Source of the DNA: Octopus vulgaris
Taxonomy: Eukaryota
Direction of reading: 5' to 3'
Assembly (NCBI GenBank): GCA_951406725.2
Contig: OX597835.1
Span: forward strand, 13,578,001 to 13,642,000
Length of the DNA stretch: 64,000 nucleotides
The notes under the pieces are model-generated. The model searched no databases. It saw nothing but the letters and a program-made list of their open reading frames with translations, and had not been told where the DNA came from. The first letter of the stretch is position 1; every line of letters begins with the position of its first letter. Below are positions 1-14,547 of the stretch, piece after piece. The position numbers were made by a program, and so were the translations under genes.

Positions 1-360
1 CACACACGCACACAGACATAAATGTGCAGATTTACACATGGACACAAATGCACACACACACACACACACACACATGGACATACACAAACTGACATGCACA
101 CACTTAGATACAGACACATGCACACACACTTTCTCATGGACACACACACGCATCCCGACACACATTCACACACTCACGTGCACATCCTCATAACACACAC
201 ACACACACACATGGACATACACAAACTGACATGTACACACTTAGACACGGACACATGCACACACACACACTTTCACATGGACACACACACACACACGCAT
301 CCCGACACACATTCATACTCACGTGCACATCCTCATAACACACACACACACACACACGCG
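1..360. repeat. (CA)-rich compound microsatellite with a ~136-bp higher-order duplication
   Basis: The block catggacatacacaaactgacatg...cactcacgtgcacatcctcataac occurs twice, ~136 bp apart. Confidence 0.85.
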
Positions 361-609
361 CTTCCTGCGAGGTCACCAGTTGACCCTCGTAGTTTTCAGA
401 AGTGTCTTAAAACGAAAGCCAAGTTAAACAAGAGAATCTCCCGTTGTCCGCAGCGATGATGCTGTCGTTCGTCTCTTCCCCCCCCTCCTCTTGTATCTAT
501 CTTTTAATCTGTAAAATGTTTGTTTATGGCAATGTTATGGGAGATGATGGGCGGCGGCAGATCAAACGGAATTCTATCATGGCACACTTCCATTTTGTTC
601 GTTATTCTT

Positions 610-1395
610 CAGCTCTCTCCAACTCTTCTTCTTCTTCTTTCACCTCTGCATCTCTCTCTATTTTCTGCTCTCCACCTCTCTCGCTCTCGCTCTCTCTCTC
701 TGCTTTTTTTTCTCCACACTCTCCATTTGCTATTTCTCTCTTTCTCTTTTTTTTCTCTCTCCCTCTCACTGCTCTTTCTTTCTCTCATTCTTTCTGTTTG
801 CCCTCTCTCTCTCTCTCTGTGCTTTTTTTTTCTCCACACTCTCCGCTTGCCAATCTTTCTCTCATTCTCTATCTCTCTTTCTCTCATTCTTTCTATCTGC
901 GCTCTCTCTCTCTCTTCATTTCTCCCCTTTCTCTCTTCCTCTGCTCTTCTTTTCTCTCATCTCCTTCTCTTCATGTCTCCCTCTCTGCTCTCCTTTTTGT
1001 CTCTCGCTCTCTGCTCTCCCCTTTTTGTCTGTCCCTCTCTGCTCTCCTCTTTTTGTCTGTCCCTCTCTGCTCTTCTCTTTTTGTCTGTCCCTCTCTGCTC
1101 TTCCCTATTTGTCTGTCCCTCTCTGCTCCCCCCTTTTTGTCTCTCCCTCTCTGCTCTCCTCTTTTTGTCACTCCCTTTCTGCTCTCCTCTTTTTGTCTCT
1201 CCCTCTCTGCTCTCCCCTTTTCGACTCTCCCTCTCTGCTCTCCCATTTTTGTCTCTCCATCTCTGCTCTCCTATTTGTCTCTCCATCTCTGCTTTCCTCT
1301 CTTCGTTTTTCCCCCCATCTCTCTCTACTTCGTCTTTTTCTGCTCTTCCTCTCCTCTCCTTCTTGTATCTCCCTTTGCTCTCTCTCTTTCTCAAT

Positions 1396-1426
<31 letters not shown>

Positions 1427-1445
1427 CCCCACTCTGCTCTCCACT
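610..1445. repeat. Polypyrimidine (CT-rich) tract with a ~27-bp minisatellite core (ccctctctgctctcctctttttgtctgt)
   Basis: Seen directly. It accounts for the S/L/F-rich ORFs at 444-1487. Confidence 0.9.
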
Positions 1446-2367
1446 ATTCACATCACTCTTATAACTAATCAACTGGATTAATAACACTGCTTAACTACAT
1501 GTTTCAGATTTAGACGCATCGCCCCCGTGTCTCCCCACCCCCTCCGCTCCCCCCCTCCTCTTGTATCATATGTTTAAGGAGGAAAATTATCAGGAAAAGA
1601 AAAGTGAAACAACAAACGAAAACAAACAAACCAACAAACAAAAAAAGAGACAAAAACCTGTGATGGTTGATGTGGTTGTAACCATCACTAAATATCTTCC
1701 ATTCATTAAATGATTTCTTTCATTCTCCTCCTCCTCCTCCTCCACCCTCTCCCTCCGCTTCCTTTTCTTCCTCATTTTCTTCTCTTCCTCCTCTTCTGCT
1801 TCCTCTTCATCTTCTACTTCTTCCAGTTCTTCCAGTTCTTCATCTTCTTCCTCCTTTTCCACTACTACTACTTCTTCTTTCGCTTTTTTTCTTCTTCTTT
1901 TCATTCAAACAATGAGACTGACTTTAAATAAATGAATAAAAAAAAAATAATTAAAAAAAAACAGTAACGAAGAAAAAAAAGAAAAAAAAATTTCTTAAAA
2001 GATTCATTAATTATCCAGCCACCACCCATCGCCACCAACCCTCAGTCCCTTAACCCATCCCACCCCAATCTCTTCTACTCCCTCCCTCCGTCCGTCTCAC
2101 TCTCTTTCCCCCCACCCCCATCTATTCTACTCCCTCCCTCCGTCTCACTCTCTTTCCCCCACCCACCCTTCCTCACAGTTTTAATGGTTAGAGACATTAT
2201 TAATCTCTCTAATAGACAGGTCTCTCCATCATCCCATCTCACTTTGCCAGACCTGATTCTCGCTTTGACTTCTGTTTCATATTTTTCTTCTTTTTTTTTT
2301 CCATTTCTCTCTCGTCGTTAAAATAAATTCAACTAAGTGATATTAACATTAAATTTCCATTTCTCAA

Positions 2368-2476
2368 AACACACATACACACACACACACACACATACAT
2401 ATTACATATACCATGCACACACACACACATACATATTATATATACCATGCATACACACAGACACACCTCATATAGC

Positions 2477-2512
<36 letters not shown>

Positions 2513-3690
2513 CACGTACATATTACATACAGCACACACATACACACACTACATGTATAGCATACATATATATTACATATAGCATACACACATACATGCA
2601 TAACACACATACATACATATTCCACACACACATACATATACCACACACACACATACATATACCACACACACACACACACATACATATATATATATACCAC
2701 ACACACACACATATATATATATATACCACACACACACATACATATACCACACACACACATACATATACCACACACACACACATACATATACCACACACAC
2801 ATACATATTACATATACCATGCACGCACACACATTACTCATATAGCATACACACACATACATATACCACACACACACACACATACATATTACATATACCA
2901 TGCACGCACACACATTACTCATATAGCATACACACACATACATACCACACACACACATACATATACACACACACACATACATATACCACACACACACACA
3001 TACATATACCACACACACACACATACATATTACATATACCATGCACGCACACACATTACTCATATAGCATACACACACATACATATACCACACACACACA
3101 CATACACATATACCACACACACACATACATATACCACACACACACACACATATACCACACACACACACACATACATATTACATATACCATGCATATACAC
3201 ACACACATTACTCATAGCATACACACACACACACATACACACATATGTATATATAATACACGTACATATTACATACAGCACACACATACACACACACACT
3301 ACATGTAAAGCATACATATATATTACATATAGCACACACACACACACATGCATAACACACACAAGTACTATTGCATATATAACGCATGCATGCACATACA
3401 ACATAAGTACCACACACACACACACACGTATGTTACATATAAGAACACATGCATATATTACATACATACACACATACACATACTACATATATAATGCACG
3501 CGCATACATAATACATGCACATATATATATCACACACACACACACATGCACAAACATACACATACACGCATTACACATATCACACACATTACGTAACACA
3601 GCTACATCACGCATATACGCTTACTTGTTATATGTAACATGCACACACATGTATTACATATATTACACACACACACGCATGCATTACATA
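2368..3690. repeat. (CA)/(TA) compound micro/minisatellite
   Basis: Repeated acatacatataccacacacac units, with a longer unit containing catgcacgcacacacattactcatatagc. Confidence 0.9.
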
Positions 3691-3802
3691 AGTTTTTGTA
3701 TTGTTTTGATTTTTAATTAAAGCTCAAAACTTGTTTTCCATTTACGAAACACAATTAGCATAATTGTCGTTTTATTCAAATCAAACTGGTTCCTTACGAA
3801 AG

Positions 3803-4530
3803 CTTCTTCTTCTTCTTCTTCTTCCGACTAATACCTTCTTCTTCTTCTACCTTCTTCTTCGTCTTCTTCCGACTTCTACCTTCTTCTTTTTCTACCTTCT
3901 TCTTCTTCCACTTCTTCTCTTCTTCTTCCACTTCTTCTCTTCTTCTTCCACTTCTTCTACCCTCTTCTTCTTCTACTACCTTCTTCTTCGTCTTCTTCTT
4001 CCACTTCTTCCACCTTCTTCTTCTGACTTCTACCTTCTTCTTCACCTTCTTCTTCTACCTTCTTCTTCCTCTTCTTCTTCTACCTTCTTCTTCTTCTTCC
4101 ACTTCTACCTTCTTCTTCTTCTTCTTCTTCCTTCTTCTACCTTCTTCCTTCTTCTTCCACTTCTCCTTCTTCTTCTTCCACTTCTTCTTCTACCTTCTTC
4201 TTCCACCTTCTTCTTCTTCTACCTTCTTCTTTCTTCTTCTACCTTCTTCCACTTCTTCTTCTACTTCTTCTTCTTCTACCTTCTTCTTCTTCTTCTTCTT
4301 CCACTTCTTCTTCTACCTTCTTCTTCACCTTCTTCTTCTACCTTCTTCTTCTTCTTCTTCTACCTTCTTCTTCCACCTTCTACCTTCTTCCTTCTTCTTC
4401 TTCTTCCACTTCTTCTTCTACCTTCTTCTTCCACCTTCTACCTTCTTCTACTTCTTCTTCTCCCTTCTTCTACCCTCTTCTTCTTCCTCCTTTTCCACTA
4501 CTTGTTCTTCTCCTCCTCCTCCTCCTCCTC
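3803..4530. repeat. (CTT)n-derived trinucleotide repeat
   Basis: Degenerate cttcttctacctt/cttcttccactt array. It accounts for ORF 3764-4615. Confidence 0.92.
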
Positions 4531-5317
4531 ACTTCCACACCAAATACAAATGGTAGCTTTTGGTACTTTGCAGAGTATTGCAACTCTTCTTTTGATTCCT
4601 TCCACGGATTTGTAGCTTTAAAAGTGCAAGAAAATTGGGCATTTACACCACCACAACCACCACCACCACCACCACTACCACCACCACCACCATCACAACC
4701 AACATTACAATCACTACCACCACTACCATCCCCCCACCACCATCCCCCACCACCACCGCCATCGCATACCTGAGTGATTGTTAGGTTGATAGCCCTGGCA
4801 TTGTTCTTCGCATGTACATTCTAACGATGTGCAACTGGCATTTATTTTCATTGACCAAGTAGACAGACAAATAGCCGTGTTGCATTCATTGTTAGACACA
4901 AATTCCTCCTGCGACTACGAACACACTAGTAATCAACTCTGTATGTGCATGAGTGCAAGTGCAAGTGTGCACGTATGCACATGTCGGTGTTGTAGTGTAA
5001 AGCATCTCTTCGGCTGAAACAACAACTCCGAGAGGAGTTGAAAGGCGCACAGAGAACGTGAATATATATATTGGTATTCTGACTTTAAAGAGAATCGGTA
5101 GGGATGGCTACTCTACTGACAGCATCGGTGCTCGCAAATAATACAGTTTCCAAACTGCAGAACCCACATCGGTTCCAACCCCCACCCCCAACCCCCACCA
5201 CTCCCACCCACCCTCCCTCCCTCTGCTGCCCATTTTGGTAGTAGCGGTGGTTAAGATACCGACGCTATCTGTTTCTCCTTTTACTATCCTAAATCCATAT
5301 TCTAAAGAGGTTTGTAG

Positions 5318-5354
<37 letters not shown>

Positions 5355-5867
5355 TACACATACACACATACACATACATACAGAGCGGTCTGTGTGTTTT
5401 AATGGGCAGATAAAATGTTGGTAGCTGTCTTCTGTTCAGGTATGGTTGGCCATTGCAAGCAAATTCACGAGAAACGCTTTGATAAAAATAAAAAAATAAA
5501 ACCTGTTGAATGGTCATGAATAGTCGTTCCATCCCTTTGACAGACAGGTTTTATTGTTAATCCAGCAGGGTAACCCCCCCCCCTCTCTCTCACACACACA
5601 TACCTTTCGCCCACAAAAATGGGCATGTGAAGGTGGTAGTGGTGGTACAGGTGCATTTTTGTTGCCAACCGTCCAACTTTGTGACTGGTTGTACTGCATT
5701 ACATAGTACTGTGTGGTAAGTAAAAACCTGACCAAATAGAGCAAATATCATCACCATTATCCTTACACTGCCGCCACCACCACTGATATCATCATCATCA
5801 CCTCTGCCACTGCAAATATCATCACCAACATCACTGTCACTATCATCACCATCATTTTAGGATTCAT

Positions 5868-6012
5868 AGTGAAGATGCCAACGACCGCTCGGTTCAAAGT
5901 CTCCCTTGCCCACAAGTGGCCTGAACTCTTTACATGAACACCATCCTGTACATAACTCCATGTCCCCCTACATAGCCTTGCTTTTTGCTTTTTGAGCCAA
6001 AGAATTAACTAA
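5868..6012 (+). mobile_element. CR1-clade LINE, short 3' end
   Basis: Inverted copy of 6792-6940; encodes the ...VKMPTTARFKVSL... C-terminus plus 3' UTR. Confidence 0.8.
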
Positions 6013-6164
6013 GTTTTCTATGCTTGCATATCATCGCTATCATTATCATTTGGCATCCGGTTTCCAGACGAACTAACTGGAACAGGTAAGCTGGAGACTC
6101 GTTGTTCCAGGCTCCAGCCTGATTTTGGCTTGGTTTCTACGGCTGGATGCCTTACCTAATGCCT

Positions 6165-6387
6165 ATTTCTTTACTACCCACAAGGGGCTAAACACAGAGA
6201 GGACAGACAAGGAGATTAAGTCGATTACATCGACCCCAGTGCATAACCGGTACTTAATTTATCGACCCCGAAAGGATGAAAGGCAAAGTCGACCTTGGCG
6301 GAATTTGAACTCAGAACGTAACGGCAGACGAAATACGGCTACGCATTTCGTCCGGCGTGCTAACGTTTCTGCCAGCTCGCCGCCTTA
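6165..6387 (-). mobile_element. SINE family B (head GGCGGCGAGCTGGCAG; core GCCTTTCATCCTTTCGGGGTCGATAAA resembling the Nin/Deu domain)
   Basis: Near-identical copies also at about 9341-9560(+), 9590-9762(-), 26940-27508(-), 39300-39582, 44436-44667(-), 56133-56338(+), 58486-58715(+). Confidence 0.85.
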
Positions 6388-6791
6388 GCTAATGCCAACC
6401 ACTGCAAACAGTAGGTGCCTGCTGTGTGTCACCCTCACAGCTGTTCGTTGTGGTATGGATTCTATGGCTGGATGCCCTTCCTAAAGCCAACCACTTAGCG
6501 GAGTGTGCTGGCTATTTTTTTATGTCACACCATCATGCGTGCGCTTATGCAGCAACAACATGGCTGTATTAACACAGCACCAGCATGGGTGCCTTTTAAG
6601 TGGCACTGGCACCTGTAAAGGCCAAGCCTATATGAGTGGAAGACAGCGGGTTTTACTTAGCTTGATGCGTCATATCAAGTACAGCCAATCACATCTCCCA
6701 GTCCCTTGCCATTTTCTATGACACACATCTTTCGGTTTCCATTTACCAAATCCATTGGTATGGCTTTCATTGCTGTAGTCGAAGGTTTTTA

Positions 6792-7087
6792 AGTTAAGTT
6801 AATTTTTTGGCTCAAAAAGCAAAAAGCAAGGCCATGTAGGGGGACATGGAGTTATGTACCGGGAGGGCGTTCATGCAAAGAGTTCAGGCCATTTCTGGTC
6901 AAGAGAGACTTTGAACCGAGCGGTCGTCGGCATCTTCACTATCTCGTCCGGCAGCTTATTCCATGGATCCGCAACCCAGACGGAGAAAGCCCCTCTCCTT
7001 TGGTTGAGATGAAATCGTCGCAGATAGAGCTTTTCGGAGTGACCCCGCAGCCGACGCTCTGGAGCAGGAGTGAAGAACAGCTCTTTC
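6792..7087 (-). mobile_element. CR1-clade LINE 3' fragment (ORF2 C-terminus, 3' UTR, (TTAAC)n tail)
   Basis: Minus strand reads KELFFTPAPERRLRGHSEKLYLRRFHLNQRRGAFSVWVADPWNKLPDEIVKMPTTARFKVSLDQKWPELFA*, the CR1 RGH..KL..FS.RV..WN.LP..FK..LD signature. Confidence 0.88.
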
Positions 7088-8412
7088 TATTTGTTGAAGG
7101 ACTGAACCCAAAGCCCCCAAAGACATGTGGTTGAGAAGCAAACTCCTTAACAAATATATGCCCCATCCTGGCACCTAACTAAAGAACTGGATTTCCATCT
7201 TCCTGCTAAATTCTTAAACCTGCCGCTTTAAAACGCACCATGATGACAAACAAACTATTAACCTATAATTCTACTGATATACATGTTAACCATGCAGCTT
7301 CCTCCATTCATTTCAACATTACATTTAATGTAGCCTTTTAATTCGTATACATTTATTGTGCATGACTTTTACTAATATGAAATATGTTCGATTCTCCATT
7401 TCAAAAAGCAAGAAAAAAGAACTTCAAAACCTCAATTTATTGTTTAATCTCATTAGGATTTTCAAAGAAAATTTTCTCTATATAACAGGTTTTGTTTTTT
7501 TCAATTATGAAACTTCATCTACAGATATTTGATCTGATAAAGCCATTTCGATTTGATTTTACTTTTATTTTATTCCAATTTTGTTTCATTTTATTTTATT
7601 TTATTCTATTTCGCTTTTATATGTAACTAAATAGAACTCTGTTTTTGTTTGGTATCTTTTTGTTTTTTTGTGAAGAATAATTTTTTGCTTTCGTTGTTCT
7701 ATGTTGTGTTACTTGACAGTTGATTGAAAGACAGAAAGATACATGAAAATGGTTATTACATGCATAAAGAAGGATTATAGCATTAAAAAAAAAAAAAAAA
7801 ATGTGATAAAAGTGATTTGCGAGGATTTTCAAGCAATTTTTTATATTTGTTCTTTGATTCTGACAGAAAAATTTACAATTTTATTAGAAACACAGTATGC
7901 CATGATTCTCTGGCACCAAGACTGGATTTTGACTTTGTGAAGCCCTAGGTTGTAGCATCTTTTACTTTATACCAAAATTTAGTACTGCCTGACACCACTT
8001 CAATAAATCTTCACCCAAATATACATTAGAACCGTTTCTGCTGTTGTTTAGCATTATATCAGTTCTGATCAAGAAAACTTTTCATTGAAGACATTCTAGC
8101 CATGCCCATCTCACCTTTTTCCCAGTCATAGTATCCCTAGAATTACAATATTCTGTGTTTTTCACTATTTAAGCTAGTACAGTGTGCTTTGAAGGAGATT
8201 TGGTTGCTATTTCTAGCAGGTCAATTAACCACTTAAAAATTTGATCGCTGGTTCATAAGAGTTAAAGTTCTTGGTTGCTTTCAACACAAGGGATTCTATT
8301 TAAGATTTCAAGGAACCCCAAACATGTCAGTGTTGCAGTGCTGTTCTAAAAGTCTACCATTGCTTCTTTTAGGTTATGTGAGGTCAGGTATCCATAACTT
8401 TATGTGCACAAT

Positions 8413-8810
8413 AGGCGCAGGAGTGGCTGTGTGGTAAGTAGCTAGCTTACCAACCACATGGTTCCGGGTTCAGTCCCACTGTGTGGCATCTTGGGCAAGT
8501 GTCTTCTGCTTTAGCCCCGGTATGACCAATGCCTTGTGAGTGGATTTGGTAGACGGAAACTGAAAGAAGCCTGTCGTATATATGTATATATATATATATT
8601 TGTGTGTTTGTGTGTCTGTGTTTGTCCCCCTAGCATTGCTTGACAACCGATGCTGGTGTGTTTACGTCCCCGTCGCTTAGCGGTTCGGCAAAAGAGACCG
8701 ATAGAATAAGTACTGGGCTTACAAAGAATAAGTCCCGGGGTCAATTTGCTCGACTTTAGGCGGTGCTCCAGCATGGCTGCAGTCAAATGACTGAAACAAG
8801 TAAAAGAGTA
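8413..8810 (+). mobile_element. SINE family A, full length (tRNA-like head GGCGCAGGAGTGGCTGTGTGGTAAG, central TA/TG microsatellite, (TAAAAGAG)n tail)
   Basis: Pol III A-box (TGGCTGTGTGG) and B-box-like (GGTTCAGTCCC) motifs. More than 15 similar copies in the window. Confidence 0.9.
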
Positions 8811-9252
8811 AGGAGCATGCAGCTTAGTCATTAAGGTCTTCAGCTCATGGTCGTAGAGTCATTCATTTGATTCCTGGTAGTATTTGTGTTCTTGAGCAAG
8901 GCCCTTTGTTCCATGTTGCTCCAATCCCCTCAGCTGGCAACAGTGACTTGTACCTGTAATTCAAAGGGCCGGCATATTCTGTCTGTGTCGTAATGAATCT
9001 CCCTGGAAACAACATTAAGGGTATATGTGTTTGTGGAGTGCTCAGCCACTTGCATGTAAATTTCACAAGCAGGCTGCTCCGTTGATCGGATCAACTGGAA
9101 TCCTTGTCATCGGAACTGACAGAGTGCCAGATTTAGACTGAGAGATTATTGCATTATTATCTTGCTTGGAAACAAGTGGGTTTCACATCAGGAAGGGTAC
9201 CTGAGTATAGAAAGCAAAACCTCTATGGAAGCATGGAATAATCAGATCCTGA

Positions 9253-9283
<31 letters not shown>

Positions 9284-10582
9284 GTAGTAATAATAATAAT
9301 AATAATAATAATAGTAGTAATAATAGTAATAATAATAATAAGGCAGCAAGCTGGTAGAAATGTTAGCACACCGGACGAAATGCCTAGCGGCATTTCACCT
9401 GTCTTTACGTTTTAAGTTCAAATTCCACCGAGGTTGTCTTTGCCTTTCTTCCTTTCAGGGTCAGTAAATTAAATACCAGCTGCGTACTGGAGTCGATCTA
9501 ATCGACTGCTCCCTCACTCCCCCCAAAATTTCGGGCCTTGTGCCTAGAATAGAAAATAGTAATAATAATAATAAAAAATAGGGAGAGGAGACACTAGTTG
9601 GTTAGTTCAACCCCAGTATTTCACTGGTACTTAATTCATCGACTTGCAAAGGATGAAAGGCAAAGTTGACCATCATGAAATTTGAACTCAGAACATAAAA
9701 ACGGACAAAAAGCCACCGAGCACTTTACCCAGTGTGCTAACGCTTCTGCCAGCTCACCACCTTAATAATGATGTTGATGATGATGACAACAATGAAGTAG
9801 CAGCAGCGGTGGTGGTGGTGGCGGTTTGTTTCAAGGTTGTAATTTTATAGCGGGATCTATTGTAGATCAAATGTCCTTCACTCAAACCTTATTCTGCTCA
9901 GCAGGGTAGATTTGTTGCACACACAATTAACTTCATGAGCAGACTGTTCCAGTGAATTGGATCGACTGGAACCCTCATAACCAATGGAGTGCTGGTTAAG
10001 ATTCATTAACCAGACAGGAGGGCTGTTGACTGACAAGACAGAATGATTCCAAAACCACAGGTGTTCCAGTGTCCCTTGCCATAATGAATTTACTGTGTTA
10101 TGAACACACCTTCTTCATCAAGAAGTTATTCACTTGTAACGAAACACAAGAGTGGTTTTTATATTCATATTCCTGTCTGCTAGGACAGGTTAAAAATAGA
10201 TATTGTAAGTCATTGTTTAATAAAGAAGTCAAGCAAGAAATCTAGGTGTCCTTAATTTGCTGTCCCAGTTCATGTTAGTGAGGTGTGTTAACGAACTGTT
10301 ACTATGGTTTATTAATAAACTCGTGACTTCGTTTGAATAGTGGAAAACACACACTTGAAATTAAAACACGATAAAATCCAAGTCTACTTTTTTGTCTGTT
10401 CTATTTGTATTTTCTTGCCATGACTCTCTGCTCAGCCATAACTTCAGTCTTTGTAAGTATATATGTGTGTATATATATATATATATGATTATTATTTGAG
10501 GAAATAAAATCCAAAACTTACAAGGAAAAAAAAATTCAATTTAGAAATACTAAATCAAATTTCACACAATATAATACATATA

Positions 10583-10746
10583 TAGGTGCAGGAGTGGCTG
10601 TGTGGTAAGTAGCTTGTTTACCAACCACATGGTTCAGGGTTCAGTCCCACTGCGTGGCACCTTGGGCAAGTGTCTTCTACTATAGCCTGAGGCCGACCAA
10701 AGCCTTGTGAGTGGATTCGGTAGACGGAAACTGAAAGAAGCCTGTC

Positions 10747-10822
<76 letters not shown>

Positions 10823-10902
10823 TCAGTGAAATGAAAATTAAAAACGTTTACAAACTCGGTTCATCTTATACTGCAGTTTTGTCTTTTTCAGCAGTAAATA
10901 TA

Positions 10903-10970
<68 letters not shown>

Positions 10971-11170
10971 ATGTGTTTGTCCCTCTAGCATTGCTTGACA
11001 ACCGATGCTGGTGTGTTTATGTCCCCGTTACTTAGCGGTTCGGCAAAAGAGACCGATAGAATAAGTACTGGGCTTACAAAAGAATAAGTCCCGGGGTCGA
11101 TTTGCTCGACTAAAGGCGGTGCTCCAGCATGGCCGCAGTCAAATGACTGAAACAAGTAAAAGAGTAAATA
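10583..11170 (+). mobile_element. SINE family A with an expanded (TA)n and an ~85-bp foreign insert (10820-10905) in its central microsatellite
   Basis: Head and tail match the copy at 8413. Confidence 0.85.
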
Positions 11171-11873
11171 GTATATAAAAAGTTAGAAAAAAATCACCTT
11201 TTATCAATTCAAAATTAACAATTAATTTTAATATTTCTATTATATGTAATTTTCTAGATGGTGTAATTTAATAGTTCATTTTGAATTGATAAAAGGTAGT
11301 TTTTTTTTAAATTTTATATATATATATACATATATATAAAGTAACAAACTGAGAAAAAGAAATCCTTCAAAGGGGTATGTTAAACATCCAATTCACTGGT
11401 GCTTCAGTTGGATACCATATGAATATTGGTATAATTCAATAATAAAGATGAATTAAATATAGAGATATTCTATTGAGAATCCAATAATTTATGTATATTA
11501 CAATATTACATTAAATACTATGAATATAAGTATATATATAATAACATGATATTGTATAAATAATTATAAACAATATTATATGAATAATTATAAAATTTAT
11601 AAATATGGTTTTTATAATTATTTATATAATATTATGTTATGTTGTATATTATATTCATAGTATTTAATGTAATATTGTAATATAAATAAATTATTGAATG
11701 TCAATATTCTGTTGTGTCTGGGGAGTGTCATTCTCTTTTGGTGCCTTATAATTTAACACACTCACCGGTAACATTTCCACTCATTTCCTTCTTTATTTTT
11801 CTAAAATTTTCATTGCATCTTGCAACCTTTTCAATAATTTTGACTCCAAAAACGAAATATGTGTGTGTGTGAG

Positions 11874-11904
<31 letters not shown>

Positions 11905-11905
<1 letters not shown>

Positions 11906-12208
11906 CATCACGTGACCGACCAGGCTATCAGATGTTGCTACACATCGCTGGTCACAATGCGCTTCGCATTGTTTTAGCCTTCAAATGATGCCACCCCGCT
12001 GGCTAAGCGAGCAGGCCAACAGAAGAAAGAGTGAGAGAAAGTTGTGACGAAAGAGTACAGCAGGGTTCGCCACCACCCCCTGCCGGAGCCTCGTGGAGCT
12101 TTAGGTATTTTCGCTCAATAAACACTCACAATGCCCGGTCTGGGAATTGAAACCGCGATCTTGCGTCCGTGAGTCCGCTGCCCTAACCACTGGGCCATTC
12201 CGCCTCCA
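11905..12208 (-). mobile_element. SINE family C (tRNA-like head ...CCCAGTGGTTAGGGCAGCGGACTC...), tail type 1
   Basis: tRNA-like A and B boxes. The same tail occurs at 19143-19447 and 19760-19900. Confidence 0.85.
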
Positions 12209-13845
12209 CACACACACACACACACACGCGCACGGCTTTGGTCAGCGCGATTCTATAATAGAAAACACTTGCCCAAGGTGCCATGCAGTGGGACTGAACC
12301 CAGAACCTTGTGGTTGGGAAGCAAGTGTCTTACCACACAGCCACTCCTGTATTTGTGTGTTTGTGTGTGAGCATTTCTGTCTTGTCTTGGTAACTTGAAA
12401 TAATTGTGACCTTAAAAACATGTCAAGCTTCGGAGAATCTATTATCTTGTTTGGAAAGGGATAAAGATTTGTGACAAGAAAACCATTCAGCTGTAGAGAA
12501 GCTACCTGAATAAGTCTTGATCAACCCATGCAAGCATGGAAAAGCAGACAATGAAAAACAACGAAGGTGGTAGCAGCAGAGACACTGGCTCCTCTTCCTT
12601 CCCCTCCTTCTCCTCTCGTCAAGAACAAACCTAACGAAGCAAGTAATAAACTGCATTGTACACATAAGCATACTCCTGACAAATTATAATGAGATAAAAT
12701 TGTATGGAATGCCACCGTGTGGTGGTAAGATTTGTCAAACAGTTAAGTATATGAATGGTGTAATTTCAAGTGAGGTTTTATTGGCCCTGCACCTGTGACC
12801 CACCACCAAACAATCTAGGTTATAATAGCTTTCGTGTTACTTTTAGTAAGTCATGCGATGGCTAGACTGCAATCTCACAAGGGAGCCCTTCAGTATGTTA
12901 TAAAATATTTAATACACATTCACTCTGAATGTGTATATGTGTGTTTGAGTGGGTATTTGTTTAAGTGTGTGTGTGTATGTTGCAGGGTGGTTGTCTTTTG
13001 AAAGTCATGGAATATTTCCTATCTTGTAAAGTTTCATTATGTCTCACTAGATGTAGCAATTAAATCTTATTTCCTTTTGTGTTATCTCGTTCGAGGTTAA
13101 ATAATAGACATTCTTCAAAAGAGACATATGATAGACTAACGTCATAAAATCATTGTTATTTGGCTCTCTCTCTCGTTCGTTTAGTATGACAAAAATTTCA
13201 TAACCTTTTGTTGCTTGTGAAAAGAATTAAATTAACTCTTCAAGAGAAGTTTATTGAACCTCACATCAAAATCTATCAACCACTTTCCCAACATTAACCA
13301 AATACTTAACAAAGAATATAGCTCAGGGATAGCATAGTAAGGTTTGCCATGAAGCTTATTATGATCAGATATGAGAGGGGTAAAAAGCTTCCTTCACATT
13401 TAGAAGACCTCTTCACAGATTAACAGTAACCTAGGTTGACCCCTTTTGATCCTTACCCACCTAAGACCATCCCTGCTTGGGGTCTATTGGCATGTCAATC
13501 TTCACACAGCACAGCCTTAGAATGGTACTTTTTTATTGGCCCCCAAAGGGTGAAAGGCAAAGTTGACTGTAGCAGGATTTGAACCCAGAGCACAAAGGGA
13601 TGGAACAAACACCTCAAAGAACTCTGTCTGATGCTCTAATGAATCTGAAAATTCACTGCCTTTGATCCTTTGTTTATTCATTAAGGGCACACCTCCATCA
13701 CATTTAGGTGAAGACCTCATAGATTAGTAGTAACTTACGTTAACCATTTTGATACCAACCCACAGGGGCCATCCCAGGTTCTATGGTACTTCATGTTTTC
13801 AGGGGACCTAAAAACCTTCAATCAAATTTTCAAACATCAGCTTAA

Positions 13846-14062
13846 CCCTTTAGCAAACCAGCCACATCCAGCCAGAATATTTTACTTCCGTTTTGTTCAA
13901 AACCAGCCAGATCCAGCCTCTTAAACCTATCCTTCAATGTCATTCCAAAAGTAAAGAGTCACATCACAGAAATCTCACAGCAATGAGATAAAGCATGATT
14001 AATTCAACATAATGTGAATAAATAAGCATTACACTACACAGAATATTCTGGATACTAAAAGG
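13846..14062. mobile_element. piggyBac-like MITE (TTAA|CCCTTTAG...CTAAAAGG|TTAA)
   Basis: TTAA flanks and short TIRs. Related copies at 22748-22957, about 31310-31530, 44953-45110 and 52915-53065. Confidence 0.75.
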
Positions 14063-14239
14063 TTAAAGATGACAGTTATTTTCCTAAATTCTTTATTAGT
14101 TTCAAAATCTGGTAACAAAAAAAGCCAATCCTTTTGGTACCAACCCACTTGAAACTGCCCCTAGTTCAATGATGCAAACTTACAAAGAAAAGGGTTAAAG
14201 TTATCTAAATTAAAACCTTCCGTCAAAATTTTACATTAG

Positions 14240-14547
14240 CCCCTTACCCAACAATTATTTTGAAAATAAATGTATTTTTCCAGACATATTTTTTAATTGT
14301 TTTATTTTACTATGTTTTGAATGGTGATTTCGAGGTATATTTCAAACCTTATTTATTATGAATTTTAATTCAATAATATTGATTTTAAATTACCGCTTTG
14401 GGCAGAAACGAGTTAACCCGTTTTTAGACGAAGGAACTCGTTTGCTGTCGATTTTGGCGAGTCTATCTTTTGACGAGTTAACTCGCCAGAGATAGAAAAA
14501 AACGATTTCGGTCAAAACGCATATATTCGTTTCTGCCGGGTAAGGGG
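14240..14547. mobile_element. piggyBac-like MITE nested in an older MITE
   Basis: TIR CCCCTTACCC...GGGTAAGGGG, flanks TTAG and TTAA, internal palindrome CGAGTTAACTCG. Confidence 0.72.

Noticed and set aside
22-4615. Long ORFs of 145-374 aa (H/T, S/L/F or V/C/Y-rich)
   Set aside because: They are translations of CA, CT and CTT microsatellites, open in several frames on both strands.
4829-5017. ORF with QVDRQIAVLHSLLD, loosely like MGAT2 QVHNRPEYLRLLLD
   Set aside because: It lacks the invariant H-N-R and the downstream FSHD/FC motifs, and has no phase-0 donor at the expected place.
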